Both the position numbers and the translations under genes were made by a program. From assembly GCA_934402395.1 (NCBI GenBank), contig CAKRTQ010000012.1, positions 7,751 to 71,750 of the forward strand: DNA of 64,000 nucleotides. The letters run 5' to 3'. Source of the DNA: an uncultured Eubacteriales bacterium. GTDB taxonomy: Bacteria; Bacillota; Clostridia; Oscillospirales; CAG-272. Of the stretch, positions 44,174 through 54,628 are shown in pieces; position 1 is the first letter of the stretch, and each line of letters begins with the position of its first letter. The notes under the pieces are model-generated. The model was not told the DNA's origin and did not search any database. It worked only from the letters and a program-made list of their open reading frames with translations.

Positions 44174-45607
44174 ATGAAAGCAAAAAAAATTTTATCACTG
44201 ATGACAGTTGCGGCTATGCTTACCGCACTCATGCTTACAGCCGTTCCCTCCGCTTTTGCCGATGCATCGGTATGGAACGGCGTTTCCGGCACCTCGATAG
44301 CTGCGGGCTCGGGTACATCCGAGGATCCGTATATAATCCGTGATCCCGCAGAGCTTGATTTTATTGCCGCATCGACCGTCGGCGGCGAAAAGTTTGAGGG
44401 CAAGTACTTCCGCCTTGACATTGATGTTGACTGGGGCGGACGAGAGTGGACTCCCATAGGCACCAAGGCGGCTCCGTTCGGCGGTGTTTTTGACGGCAAC
44501 GGAAAGACTGTCTGCAACTTTACCTGTTCGGACAGCGTTGCGGGGCTTTTCGGCTATGCCACGGGTGCCGAAATAAAGAACCTCAAGGTCGACTATGCCA
44601 CATTCACTACCGATACGCGCTATGCCGGCGCTTTTGTGGGGCTTCTGCGTGAGTGCCGCGTATCATCCTGCGTTGCCGGTGAAAATGTTGTCGTCACCAC
44701 CGAGACTATGATGTCAAATACCGCGCAGATGGGCGGTATTTTCGGACTTGTCAACAACGGCACTGTCGAGGCGTGCGCATTCTACGGTAAAGTGGTGGCG
44801 CTCAATGTTTCCGGAACATCATTTGTCGGCGGTATCGCCGGTGTCGTGGGCAACGAAAGTACCCTCAAAAACTGCATAAACTACGGGGAGGTCTCTTCTC
44901 CCAATGCAAACGTTACGGCCGATGCAAGTGCTTTTGTCGGCGGGATAGTCGGCGGTCTCGGTTCCAGCAGCAAGACGGGAACGCTTGAGGGCTGCATCAA
45001 TATGGGCAGCGTTTCATGTGTTGAATTTGCCGGCGGCGTTATCGGAAGATTCCATGTGGCAAAAAGCATCATGAATAACTGTGCCAACCTCGGCGCCGTT
45101 AGGGGCGGCGAGGGCAAGACGGGCAATATCGTCGGTCAGGCAAACAAGGAATTTGTCGCGGCGGGAAATATGGGTCTTGCGGATGCGCTTTGCGCCGCTG
45201 CAGCCGAGGGCGTCAGCACCCCGGATGGAGCATGGAGAGTCGCTTCCGAGGCTGAGATAAAGGCATCGGATGCATATATGGCTGCCGAGTCGGCAATACT
45301 GGCACTCCCTGCGTTTTCGGTTATAGTTCCTTCGGCTCCCGTCACAGAACCGGTCACCGAGCCTGTTACCGAACCCGCGACATCACCGACGACCGAACCG
45401 GAGACTAAGCCGGAGACTAAGCCGGAAACTAAACCCGAAACAAAGCCCGAGACTAAACCCGAAACAAAGCCTGCGGCAACGAGTGCGGCTCCGTCTGTTA
45501 CTGAACCTGCCGGTAAGACCGGCTGCGGAAGCTCGGTCGCAGCAGGTGTGGCGGTCGTCGCTGCAATATGCGGTTCGTCACTTGTGATGCGACGCAAAAA
45601 AGACTGA
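44174..45607 (+). CDS. cell-surface protein with GLUG-type repeats, PT/ETKP-rich stalk and C-terminal membrane anchor
   Basis: Signal peptide. Repeated FVGGIAG/FVGGIVG/FAGGVIG...NC.N.G motifs. (ETKP)x6. C-terminal hydrophobic segment followed by RRKKD. Confidence 0.75.
   Translation: MKAKKILSLMTVAAMLTALMLTAVPSAFADASVWNGVSGTSIAAGSGTSEDPYIIRDPAELDFIAASTVGGEKFEGKYFRLDIDVDWGGREWTPIGTKAAPFGGVFDGNGKTVCNFTCSDSVAGLFGYATGAEIKNLKVDYATFTTDTRYAGAFVGLLRECRVSSCVAGENVVVTTETMMSNTAQMGGIFGLVNNGTVEACAFYGKVVALNVSGTSFVGGIAGVVGNESTLKNCINYGEVSSPNANVTADASAFVGGIVGGLGSSSKTGTLEGCINMGSVSCVEFAGGVIGRFHVAKSIMNNCANLGAVRGGEGKTGNIVGQANKEFVAAGNMGLADALCAAAAEGVSTPDGAWRVASEAEIKASDAYMAAESAILALPAFSVIVPSAPVTEPVTEPVTEPATSPTTEPETKPETKPETKPETKPETKPETKPAATSAAPSVTEPAGKTGCGSSVAAGVAVVAAICGSSLVMRRKKD
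45401..45472 (+). repeat. 6 x 12-nt tandem repeat encoding (ETKP)n
   Basis: Tandem gagactaagccg-like units. Preceded by 3 x 12 nt encoding VTEP. Confidence 0.9.
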
Positions 45608-45614
45608 TCGCAGC

Positions 45615-47732
45615 ATGAACAAAAAGAGGATCGTTCCATGCCGCATCGCGCGGCAAATGATTGCATTTCTTCTTGCACTGCTTTTATTGCCCGGAATGCT
45701 TTCCTGCCGTCCGCATGTCAACGGCGGCGGTACTTCGGATGTCACATCGACGCCCGATACGCCGCCTGCGGAGTTTGACCTTGAGCTTTCGCAGTACAGG
45801 ATAATTTATCCCGAAAAGGCGTCATCGGCATGCCGCGGTGCGGCGCGGGAACTCAAATCCGCGCTCGAAGCGGTCTGCGGCGGTAGCATCGCAATGGAGG
45901 ACGACTGGTCGAAGGACGGCACCGTGTCCGATGCGGATGCAAACGAGATACTCGTAGGCGCCACAAATCGCCCTCAGTCAGCGGCAGTTGCCGGTGCGTT
46001 CGATTCGCAGACGGGATGGAGCGTCCGCATTGAAGGGAAACGTATAGTCGTTGCCGCTACCGACGATTCGCTGCTTTATTATGCCGTCAGTGCTCTTGCT
46101 TCGTCGGTGAGGGCGAACGGTACGGGAATCGCAATGCTTCCGCTCGGGCTTTCGCTCGCCGAGGACAGCTTTACCGCAATAAAAATAGCTGAGGACGGCG
46201 TTCCGAACTATCCTACGGTTTATTCCAGATTCGCCAATCCCGATACCGTTGCGGCGTTTTCAAGGCTGAAGGCAAAGATCGACTCGCTGCTCGGCAACGA
46301 AAAGCAGACCATGCGTACCGATGCGCTTTCAAAGGCGGGCAGCTACAACAGTGAAACGACCGAGATACTTATCGGCGACACCGGATATACCGAAAGCGGA
46401 GAGGGAATGTCACGCTTCGGCGGAGCCGAGTACGGTTTTACCGTGGTCGGAAACAAGCTTACGGTCGGCGGCAGGACCCCCGTTACCACCGTCATGGCGG
46501 TGGAGCGGCTTGCCGAAATGCTTGATTTTGCCGTTGTAAACGAAGCAGACGGCAAAAGATCGATCGTCCTGCAATGTCCGGCGGTGGCGCGGTTCTCATG
46601 CTATGGCTATCGCACAAATGTTCCCGATGTAACTGGGCTGACGCTTTCCCGCGCGGTCGATACCGGTGAGGGCGGTCTTATGCTTTGTTATGACGGCGCA
46701 ACGTCAGATGCATATGCAGCCTACTGCGCGTCGGCTGAGAGTGCGGGATACGTGTGTATTGCCGCGAATGTGATAGGGGAAAACAGCTATTCCACATATG
46801 AAAAAGAGGGATCGGGAACGCGGCTTTACGTGTCCTGCACATCGGGCACGCTGAGGATCACTACCGAACCCGACAGCGTGGGGCATTATCTCGGTGATGA
46901 CGATACGGGCAGCGGCAGTGTCGTTTTTACGCAGATGGCGCTTAGCTATACCGCCGACAGCACTAACGGAATGGGATATGTGCTGAAGCTCGGCGACGGC
47001 AGCTTTGTCATCTGGGACGGCGGTTTTACAGGAGATGCCGCGCGCCTTTGCGAATATCTGAAAAAGAATACCGCTCAGGGCGAAAAGCCGCGTGTGCGGC
47101 TGTGGATACTTACGCATATGCACATTGATCATATTCAGTGCTTTCAGGAATTTGCCGATAAGTTTGCCGGTGAGATAAAGCTTGAAAACGTCATGGCTTC
47201 GGTGCCCGAGGCGTATTGCGACCCCGAGGGAGCTTGCCCGGCGTGGGATAAGGTACAGCGTTCGGTGCGTCTTTTTGGCGGCGCACGCATCGTAAAGCCG
47301 ATGGAGGGTGACCGCATAAAGCTTCCGGGTGCGTATATTGAAGTGCTCGGTACCTATTCGCTGGTCGTGGCGCACGGTCTGCGCTCGGAGGCAAGGAATG
47401 ATACTTCCGTCGTTACCCGCATCATCTGCGCAAACACAGAGATATTGCTGCCGGGAGACGCGCAGATACCGTTGGGCGAAGCGCTTGTCGCGGAGTATGG
47501 CGCGGCACTTGCATCGAAATATGTGCAGGTGGCGCATCACGGTTCGATAAAATGGCCGACAACGCGCGCTTTTTATGAGGCTGCAAAGCCTGAGTACGTG
47601 TTTTTTCCCGGTTCCGCATCGCGGTATGCCGAAAACCGGAAGACCGATATCAACACATATCTTATAAACCTCGTCGGTAAAGACCACGTGTATGTTGCCG
47701 ACGGTGCATACTTCGAGCTTACGCTCGGATAA
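45615..47732 (+). CDS. lipoprotein with C-terminal MBL-fold metallo-hydrolase domain
   Basis: Lipobox GMLSC. THMHIDH (HxHxDH) plus downstream His/Asp ligands. Confidence 0.75.
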   Translation: MNKKRIVPCRIARQMIAFLLALLLLPGMLSCRPHVNGGGTSDVTSTPDTPPAEFDLELSQYRIIYPEKASSACRGAARELKSALEAVCGGSIAMEDDWSKDGTVSDADANEILVGATNRPQSAAVAGAFDSQTGWSVRIEGKRIVVAATDDSLLYYAVSALASSVRANGTGIAMLPLGLSLAEDSFTAIKIAEDGVPNYPTVYSRFANPDTVAAFSRLKAKIDSLLGNEKQTMRTDALSKAGSYNSETTEILIGDTGYTESGEGMSRFGGAEYGFTVVGNKLTVGGRTPVTTVMAVERLAEMLDFAVVNEADGKRSIVLQCPAVARFSCYGYRTNVPDVTGLTLSRAVDTGEGGLMLCYDGATSDAYAAYCASAESAGYVCIAANVIGENSYSTYEKEGSGTRLYVSCTSGTLRITTEPDSVGHYLGDDDTGSGSVVFTQMALSYTADSTNGMGYVLKLGDGSFVIWDGGFTGDAARLCEYLKKNTAQGEKPRVRLWILTHMHIDHIQCFQEFADKFAGEIKLENVMASVPEAYCDPEGACPAWDKVQRSVRLFGGARIVKPMEGDRIKLPGAYIEVLGTYSLVVAHGLRSEARNDTSVVTRIICANTEILLPGDAQIPLGEALVAEYGAALASKYVQVAHHGSIKWPTTRAFYEAAKPEYVFFPGSASRYAENRKTDINTYLINLVGKDHVYVADGAYFELTLG

Positions 47733-47781
47733 AAACCGGGGCGATAAAAACTCATTTTGAGTTTTTATCGCCCCGGTTTTT
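47731..47781. terminator. bidirectional terminator hairpin of the AAAAACTCA/TGAGTTTTT-apex family
   Basis: AAAAACCGGGGCGATAAAAACTCA-TTT-TGAGTTTTTATCGCCCCGGTTTTT between convergent genes. Confidence 0.8.
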
Positions 47782-47876
47782 CATTTTGCGCCGTGTTATC
47801 AAAGAAAGACGGTCAAAAAATTTTGAATTCCGCTATGGCACGTATTCGGTCCGCGACCGATTCCGCAGGCTGCGGA

Positions 47877-49208
47877 TCATTTCTTTTTCTTCTGCTTTAT
47901 CACTTCGTTGCCGTACATATCGTAGACCGGTTCAAACGGCGATACCGCATCGGTGCGGTTTGCGACCTGCCCGGCGCCGAGCGGTATCTGACCGCAAAGC
48001 AGTGGGTCGTTGGTTTCACGCATCCAGCTCTCAAGCCTTTCCGAAAGCGTGCGCAGCTCATCGGCGTACTCGGGACGGTGGGCAAGATTCTGTCTCTCCT
48101 CCGGGTCGGCTACGAGATCGTAAAGATATACCGGTTCGCGCGGTATATACGGCAATTTCGATGTGAGGAAGATATCCTTGGCGGCATGATCTCCGATATT
48201 GACGAGCGGACGGCGCAACTCGCCGAAGTGACGTATCAGCTTCATGCGGTCGGTCCTTATAGCGCGCATCGGGTCATAGGCGGCGTGATATGTCACCTCG
48301 GAGAAAATGCAGTCGTGAACGCGGTCGGTCTCACCGCGCATGAGCGGGAGAAGAGAGACGCCTTCAAGCCAGTCGGGAGCTTCAAGCCCGAGCATTTCGC
48401 ACAATGTAGGGAACACATCTATGTGCGATACCATGGCATCGGTCGCGCCGCGCCCTATCGCCGGATGACGTATGAACATGGCTACCCCGGTCCCGGCATC
48501 GCGCAGGGTGCATTTCATATCCGGAAATGATATGCCGTGATCGGTGGTGAAAAGCACCACGGTGTCGTCGCGCAGCCCCTGCGCATCTATTTCATCAAGC
48601 ACTGCGCCCACGCATTTGTCGGCGTTGCGCAGGCTTGTGAGATAGCCGGCAAAATCGTGGCGGGTCTCCTTTGTGTTCACTATCGGCGAGGGAGTGGCTA
48701 TGAAGTCTTCTTCGATATCTGTCGCCTCCGGATATGCGAGATGTGTGGCTGACATTCCGAAGGAAAGGAAAAAGGGCTTGCCGCCGCGTCGGTCGCTGCG
48801 CAGGAAGTCAAGCGCATGTTCAAGCGCGCGGGCATCGCGTACCCGCGTGTCGTGCTCAAATGAGGAATACCTTTCATCATAACCGAGCATTGCGGGGTCC
48901 TTTGCCTCATGCTGAACACCTGCAAGCACGGTGTAATAGCCGTTTTTGTGCAGAAAATTAGAAAGATGCCGGCTGAAATCGTTTGTTACAAAGCCGCGGT
49001 GAGAAAGCCCGTACATTCCGGAGCAGTGAGGGTACATCCCCGTCAGCAATGCCGTGCGGCTCGGCGAGCAGATGGGCGCTGCGCTGTGCGCCTGATGAAA
49101 CATAAAGCTTTCCCGTGCCAGCCGCATAAGGTTCGGGTTGTCGGCGACAATGCCGTAGGGCTGAATGTACCGCCCGCTGTCGTGTGTGTGTATGTATACA
49201 AAATTCAT
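47877..49208 (-). CDS. Cys-type sulfatase
   Basis: ICSPSRTALLTGMYPH (C-x-P-x-R) sulfatase signature. Confidence 0.9.
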   Translation of the reverse strand: MNFVYIHTHDSGRYIQPYGIVADNPNLMRLARESFMFHQAHSAAPICSPSRTALLTGMYPHCSGMYGLSHRGFVTNDFSRHLSNFLHKNGYYTVLAGVQHEAKDPAMLGYDERYSSFEHDTRVRDARALEHALDFLRSDRRGGKPFFLSFGMSATHLAYPEATDIEEDFIATPSPIVNTKETRHDFAGYLTSLRNADKCVGAVLDEIDAQGLRDDTVVLFTTDHGISFPDMKCTLRDAGTGVAMFIRHPAIGRGATDAMVSHIDVFPTLCEMLGLEAPDWLEGVSLLPLMRGETDRVHDCIFSEVTYHAAYDPMRAIRTDRMKLIRHFGELRRPLVNIGDHAAKDIFLTSKLPYIPREPVYLYDLVADPEERQNLAHRPEYADELRTLSERLESWMRETNDPLLCGQIPLGAGQVANRTDAVSPFEPVYDMYGNEVIKQKKKK

Positions 49209-49283
49209 TTTGTGTGTTCCTTCTTATAAAAAATACGTGCGGCGGAGTGTCATGACACCCCGTCGCACGGTTGCAATGTCTGT

Positions 49284-50759
49284 TTATTTGCCGAATGCCG
49301 CCATCATTTCGTCAAGTTTTGTATTGATGGTATCGCGGCTGGCGTTGAATGTACGTGAGAAGTTGGGGTTGTTCTTGCATATGCAGTTGCGGAAGATCGA
49401 ATATGTAAGATTGCCGAGCGCGTCACTGTATATTCTGCCAAGGTCAAAGCTGACGCCGGCACGTGCCATATCGAATGTTTTTGCGGCTGTGGGGTCGGTG
49501 GTGTAACGGGTCTTCATCGTGACCTCAAACAGGATCGGCGTGATGATGCGGTAACCCTCTGAGGAGAGGCATTCGAGAGTCATGGCAGCTTCCGTGGGGT
49601 GCTGAGCGGCAGCGGATACGGCGTAGAAGGTGCAGGGGAAGCCGAGGCAGGTCGAGTAGCCGTCCTGATCGACGGTGTATTTCGGTATCGGAGCAATGCC
49701 GTAGCTGAAGGCGGCGTCTCCGAGGTCACGGCTGGCATATCTTGCACGGCTCATGAGGAACATTACTCTGCCTTCCTGGAAGGTCCTGTTGCAGGCTGCG
49801 CCGAGGAGGCTTATCGGGTCGGCGAGATACGCGGCTATAAGTGTTACAACATTCTGTGTGCGCTCACTGCCGAATTTTTCCGAGATAATTGGAGTACCGT
49901 CGGAGTCACGGTCTATCGTGCGTAGTCCCGCGCCGTAGAAGAAGGGGTCGGTGTGCATCGTGTTGGCAGTAAAGCCGTATATGGGCGTTTCGGTGCCCTG
50001 AAGTCCGTCGACCTTGTGCGACATTTCGATCATTTTTTCGTATGTCCACGTGTCCTTGTCAACGCATTCATAAGGATCGCCCGCATTGTACTGAGTCATT
50101 AAGTCTTTGTTGAAGTACATAACATACATCATGTAGAGCAGGTTGGTCGAAAGATCGCCCGTGGCAAAGAAAAGCTTGTTGTTGATCGTGGCTTCACTGA
50201 TCAGCTTCTGCGGCCACCAGGGAGCGGTGAAATCAAGCGAATCGTGATCGAGCAGGTTGGCGCAGAAGCCGTTTGTGGCGGCGGTTGCCATTGCCATGGT
50301 GTAACCCGCATATATATCATAGGGATTGCCCGAATCGAAGGCGGTGCGGATTTTGTTTATGTATCCTGCGCGGTTTTTGGCGTTGCCGGGCGTGCCGGTG
50401 TATTCTATCTCAACGCCGAGACGGGATGTTACCTTGGCGTTGCGGCGGTTTATTGCCGCCTCAACGATACCGCCCGTGCCTTCTTCGACAAAGAATTCGG
50501 GGTTCTCAACATCGGACCAATAGAGCATTCCGAGCTTTACGCCGAGGCTCGCCGCCTCGGGCAGAGAATCTTTAAGATAACCATCGGAATCGTATTTTCC
50601 GGCATCGGGATCAACGGTTGTGACAGGAGTGCCGGTCGTGCCCGGCTTGTCGGGATTATCGGGAGTGCTGCAGGCGACTGTCATACACATGAGCGAGGCG
50701 ATAACCAGAACAAGTGCTGTAATTGACAGTAAAAATTGTGCGGTCGAGCGTTTTTTCAT
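49284..50759 (-). CDS. extracellular solute-binding lipoprotein
   Basis: Signal peptide with lipobox TVAC. Paralogue of 42685-44142. Confidence 0.75.
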   Translation of the reverse strand: MKKRSTAQFLLSITALVLVIASLMCMTVACSTPDNPDKPGTTGTPVTTVDPDAGKYDSDGYLKDSLPEAASLGVKLGMLYWSDVENPEFFVEEGTGGIVEAAINRRNAKVTSRLGVEIEYTGTPGNAKNRAGYINKIRTAFDSGNPYDIYAGYTMAMATAATNGFCANLLDHDSLDFTAPWWPQKLISEATINNKLFFATGDLSTNLLYMMYVMYFNKDLMTQYNAGDPYECVDKDTWTYEKMIEMSHKVDGLQGTETPIYGFTANTMHTDPFFYGAGLRTIDRDSDGTPIISEKFGSERTQNVVTLIAAYLADPISLLGAACNRTFQEGRVMFLMSRARYASRDLGDAAFSYGIAPIPKYTVDQDGYSTCLGFPCTFYAVSAAAQHPTEAAMTLECLSSEGYRIITPILFEVTMKTRYTTDPTAAKTFDMARAGVSFDLGRIYSDALGNLTYSIFRNCICKNNPNFSRTFNASRDTINTKLDEMMAAFGK

Positions 50760-51146
50760 GCTATCGTTACCTTTCTTTTTTTGCTTGCGCCGCATCGCGG
50801 CGCTGCCTTTTATGTTCTTATTTTATCATTTCGGCACACCGGTGTAAATAAGAATAATATTATTTTTATAAGAATCTTATTACGTTTTCCGTGCGGATAC
50901 ACTTTGTCGGCGGCTGATACATGTCATATTCGGCTGCACAAAGTGCTTTTGTGCGAAAAAAACGGCTTTTTAAGTGATAAATATACTTGACGCCGGGTAT
51001 TTTTGCTGTTATAATATAAAAATGATGCGAGGATCCGCGAAAATGAGCGGAAATAAAACGTCGCAATCTTATTTTTATATAAATATCTTACGAAATAAGT
51101 TGCGTTTTCTTATAAAAACGCAGCGTCTGAAAGGTGGAAAAACATC

Positions 51147-51809
51147 ATGTCTGTACTTGACGGAAAAACACTGGTCGCGCTCGGCGGTTCGCTTATTCAC
51201 GGCAACAAGCTGGGCCCCGACGCAACATGGGTCGCGCTCCTTGCGGAGCGTCACGGAATGAAAGCCTACAACTACGGTATCAACGGCAACCCCGTGGCTT
51301 TTTCGACCGAGGAGCCTACGCACAAGCACCCGCCGATGTGCGTGCGCTATGCCGATATGGCTGACGGCGCCGATTATGTGGTCCTGCTTGGCGGAGCGAA
51401 CGACAAGCGCCTTCATGTGCCGCTCGGAGACGAGGCGCTCCGCTGCGACCGTTCATACCGCGATACTACCACATTCTACGGCGCGCTCAACACTCTTATC
51501 GCCGGGCTTACCGAAAAATATCCTAAGGCAAAGATCCTGCTTATGACCAACTATAATCGCTGGCCGAGCAAAAACCGTTTCGGGCTTACCGACATAGACT
51601 ATGTTGACGCAATGCTTGAGGTCGCGGCAATGTGGTCGCTGCCCTGCTTTGACAATTACCGCGCAAGCGGCATATCATTCCAGAATCCCGCTCAGCTTCC
51701 GTGGATAGACGAGGGGATCGAACTCGGCATCGGCGCCAACCACCATTTCTCGCACGAGGCATATGAGTGGCTGACAAATAAATACGAAAAACTGCTCGAA
51801 GCTCTTTAA
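51147..51809 (+). CDS. SGNH/GDSL hydrolase family protein
   Basis: GGSLIHG block I-like motif, GGANDK block III. 220 aa. Confidence 0.65.
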   Translation: MSVLDGKTLVALGGSLIHGNKLGPDATWVALLAERHGMKAYNYGINGNPVAFSTEEPTHKHPPMCVRYADMADGADYVVLLGGANDKRLHVPLGDEALRCDRSYRDTTTFYGALNTLIAGLTEKYPKAKILLMTNYNRWPSKNRFGLTDIDYVDAMLEVAAMWSLPCFDNYRASGISFQNPAQLPWIDEGIELGIGANHHFSHEAYEWLTNKYEKLLEAL

Positions 51810-51817
51810 GATCCGGT

Positions 51818-51853
51818 GGACTGCCGCGCGTCATCGCGGCAGTCCTGTTTTTT
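51818..51853 (+). terminator. Rho-independent terminator
   Basis: GGACTGCCGCG-loop-CGCGGCAGTCC followed by TGTTTTTT. Confidence 0.8.
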
Positions 51854-51956
51854 ATAGTGGTCTTAATTATAAAAGAGACCGGGCGGCATCAAAGACGCCG
51901 TTGGCGGTCAGTGTTTCGGGCTGCCGGAAGCACAGTGCTTCCGGCAGCCCGAAAAA

Positions 51957-52817
51957 TTATTTGCGGTATCTCTTTCCGCTTTCGCCCAGGTACTTTGCCA
52001 TTGCAAGCACCCAGTCGGTCTGAATGATATCGTATCCGCGATCGGCGAGCCAGCCCCAGCCGAGAGCGGGATCCTTTACCAGAGACACATCGTCGGAGTG
52101 TCCGCCGGCAAGCGGCACCTTGTAGTTGTAAAGAATGGCGTTTGCCCAGACGAGCTTGCCGTCTCCGTGCAGTTTGTCGATGAACTCACGGCTTGCGATG
52201 TATGAGTTTTCATCCGCGAAGACTACCTCGGCGCCCACGTATCTGATATTGCGGTGCATAAGCTCCTCATGTACGCCCTCGTCCTTTTTGAGTATGGGCA
52301 GGTACTGAATGCCGTGTCCGTACTCTTCGATGATATCGAACAGCTCGGGCTTCGGAGAGGTCTTGGCGATTATCTGCTCCTCCATGCCGTGTGCGCGGAT
52401 AGCATCGGATATCTCGCGGGGGTTCTCCCAGAACTTGTCGATGTTTATGTAGCACACGCCCTTGAAGCGGTCAAACACCTCGTCAAGCGTGCAGAGCGGC
52501 CATTCGGTGTATGCGCGGTCGGCACTTACATAGCGCAGGCGGCGTATCTCGTCGTCGTGCATATCGGGCAGACGCTGAGCAAATTCGGTTCCGAGGTAGT
52601 TGAGATGGACGTATTCCATCTTGGGGTGGAGGATCCAGAGCGTGCCGTCGGCACTCTTGCTGACGTCCACCTCTATCATGTCGGCGCCGTGTTTTACGGC
52701 TATCTCGTATGCCGCCATGGTGTTGCAGGGAATATTTCCGCCGCAGGAGCCGCGATGAGCTACGATGATTATACGCTCGGCGGCATCTTTTTTAATGTCG
52801 AAGGTTGTCATTTTCAA
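51957..52817 (-). CDS. glycerophosphodiester phosphodiesterase family protein
   Basis: IVAHRG...N..AAYE.A...GADMIEVDV motif. Confidence 0.8.
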   Translation of the reverse strand: MKMTTFDIKKDAAERIIIVAHRGSCGGNIPCNTMAAYEIAVKHGADMIEVDVSKSADGTLWILHPKMEYVHLNYLGTEFAQRLPDMHDDEIRRLRYVSADRAYTEWPLCTLDEVFDRFKGVCYINIDKFWENPREISDAIRAHGMEEQIIAKTSPKPELFDIIEEYGHGIQYLPILKKDEGVHEELMHRNIRYVGAEVVFADENSYIASREFIDKLHGDGKLVWANAILYNYKVPLAGGHSDDVSLVKDPALGWGWLADRGYDIIQTDWVLAMAKYLGESGKRYRK

Positions 52818-52838
52818 TTGCCTTTCTGATTTTATATT

Positions 52839-54611
52839 TTAATTTTTGATTTGTTGTTTTGTAAATGAGAGGAACGAAAGAGCTGCCATAAGTACGCTGA
52901 GCGCAGCCATCCATGCTATTCCGACATACAGATGATATATCGAACGCCCTGCCGCAAATGCCGATGCAATGGTCGATACCACCGAATAGCTGCCGCCCGA
53001 TATAAAGCTCGAAGTCGCATTTGTGAGAAATGCGGTAAGATCAAGGTAGGGCAGCGGCGAATATTCGAGATGCGCCAACGGAAATGTTTCGTTTATCAGC
53101 AGCGCAACGGATGTTGCCGCCGTCGATGAGAACCGCGCCATCATTGAAAGCGCTATCGGCAGTGCCGAGCGTTTTACGAGCGTTGAGATAAGAAGCGCGA
53201 AAAGTACGATCGGGGATGCCGAAAGTATTGAAAGCAGTATGCGTACCACAGCCATGATCGGCGCCGGTATCACAGCCACGCTGCCGCTTATGACGAACAG
53301 CGATGGGGTGAAGATATCCTTTACGCCGTAAAGTATCATACATTCCGCAGCGAGCATCACTGCGGCGACCGCCGCAGCGCAGAGCCACCATATGTACATT
53401 GACAGCATCTTTGACGCAAGTATTTTTGCGCGGCTGCGCGGACGGATAAGGAGCAGGCGTACGGTGCCCGATGAATATTCGTTGGAAAGGATCGTTCCGC
53501 TGACTATTATCACGAAAATAATCAGCATACCCAGAGTCATTGAAAGAAATGACGTGAAGGCTGTCTTTGCCGATCTTTTCACCGTGCCGGTAAGGGGGAT
53601 GTCGTTCTCAAGGCTGTACCGTGCGAGAAGCATCGAATCCGTCCACATTTTTTCGCCGTTGGCAGCGAGATAATGTTCGTAGCTTCCGTACCGGTACTGG
53701 CCTGCGGGGTATAACTTGCCCGACTCAAACAGTATCCTCGGTATTGAAACGTATATTTCGCTGTATGTCATAAGGTCGGAAGATATAAGTTCTGTGACCG
53801 TAACATACTGCCAGCCGCCGTAGGGAAGTTCCCGGTCGCGCAGCAGCTGCCAGCCGTAAACGTTTAGCTCGGCAGCTTCGACGCTGCGCGCGGCACGCGT
53901 CAGCATCATATCGCGGTATGCCGCCGCCTCCTCAACGGTCGTTATTTCCGGCGGAAGCTCCGCGGGGGTTGCGGTCAGGGCGTCGAGCGCCCGGCGGTTC
54001 TGTTCAAGCTTTTCGTTGGCAGAGTCGAGTTTTTCCTGATAAAAGCTTCGGAGCGTGTAGCTTTTGATGTCGTTCTCAAGCGCGGTCACTTCGGCGTTGA
54101 TGTGTTTTACTGTCTCTCCGATCACTTCCGGCATGAAGAAGTAGGAAGGCTCATGCTCGTCCGTTTTGCAGAAATCGGGACGGTCGCTGTTGTAAAAAAT
54201 GTTGCCAAGGGAGGAATTTTCAATATTCTCATACGTAAATTCACCGCTTTGCACGTGCCGTGAGGCATAAAGCCAGCCGAGCATCGTGACATATTCATCA
54301 TAAAAAACATCAGCTTTCCATGATATATCATCGGCATCGATGTCATTGGAGAAAAATGAATTGGCTTTTTCAAATCTGCGCCAGTATGATTCCTCCAGCG
54401 CGTCTCCGTGGCTGCGGGCGCGTTCTATTCCCTCCGATACTGAGGTGTCATTGCGAAGCCGTGAGCCTGAGTCGCTGACTTTTGAGAACAAAGCCACGGG
54501 GATGGGAAGCAGGACGGTCAGCAACGCAATGACTATAAGCAGTACGCGCAGCCCGGTTTGCTTCGCAAGCTTTTTGTTTTCGTTTCCGATAAGACGTAAA
54601 AGTCCGTTCAT
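52839..54611 (-). CDS. ABC-2 family permease with large extracytoplasmic loop (paralogue B)
   Basis: N-terminus MNGLLRLIGNENKKL. One TM, a ~330-aa loop, then 5 TM. Paralogous to the next gene. Confidence 0.75.
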   Translation of the reverse strand: MNGLLRLIGNENKKLAKQTGLRVLLIVIALLTVLLPIPVALFSKVSDSGSRLRNDTSVSEGIERARSHGDALEESYWRRFEKANSFFSNDIDADDISWKADVFYDEYVTMLGWLYASRHVQSGEFTYENIENSSLGNIFYNSDRPDFCKTDEHEPSYFFMPEVIGETVKHINAEVTALENDIKSYTLRSFYQEKLDSANEKLEQNRRALDALTATPAELPPEITTVEEAAAYRDMMLTRAARSVEAAELNVYGWQLLRDRELPYGGWQYVTVTELISSDLMTYSEIYVSIPRILFESGKLYPAGQYRYGSYEHYLAANGEKMWTDSMLLARYSLENDIPLTGTVKRSAKTAFTSFLSMTLGMLIIFVIIVSGTILSNEYSSGTVRLLLIRPRSRAKILASKMLSMYIWWLCAAAVAAVMLAAECMILYGVKDIFTPSLFVISGSVAVIPAPIMAVVRILLSILSASPIVLFALLISTLVKRSALPIALSMMARFSSTAATSVALLINETFPLAHLEYSPLPYLDLTAFLTNATSSFISGGSYSVVSTIASAFAAGRSIYHLYVGIAWMAALSVLMAALSFLSFTKQQIKN

Positions 54612-54628
54612 GCGCAGTGACCTCCCTG

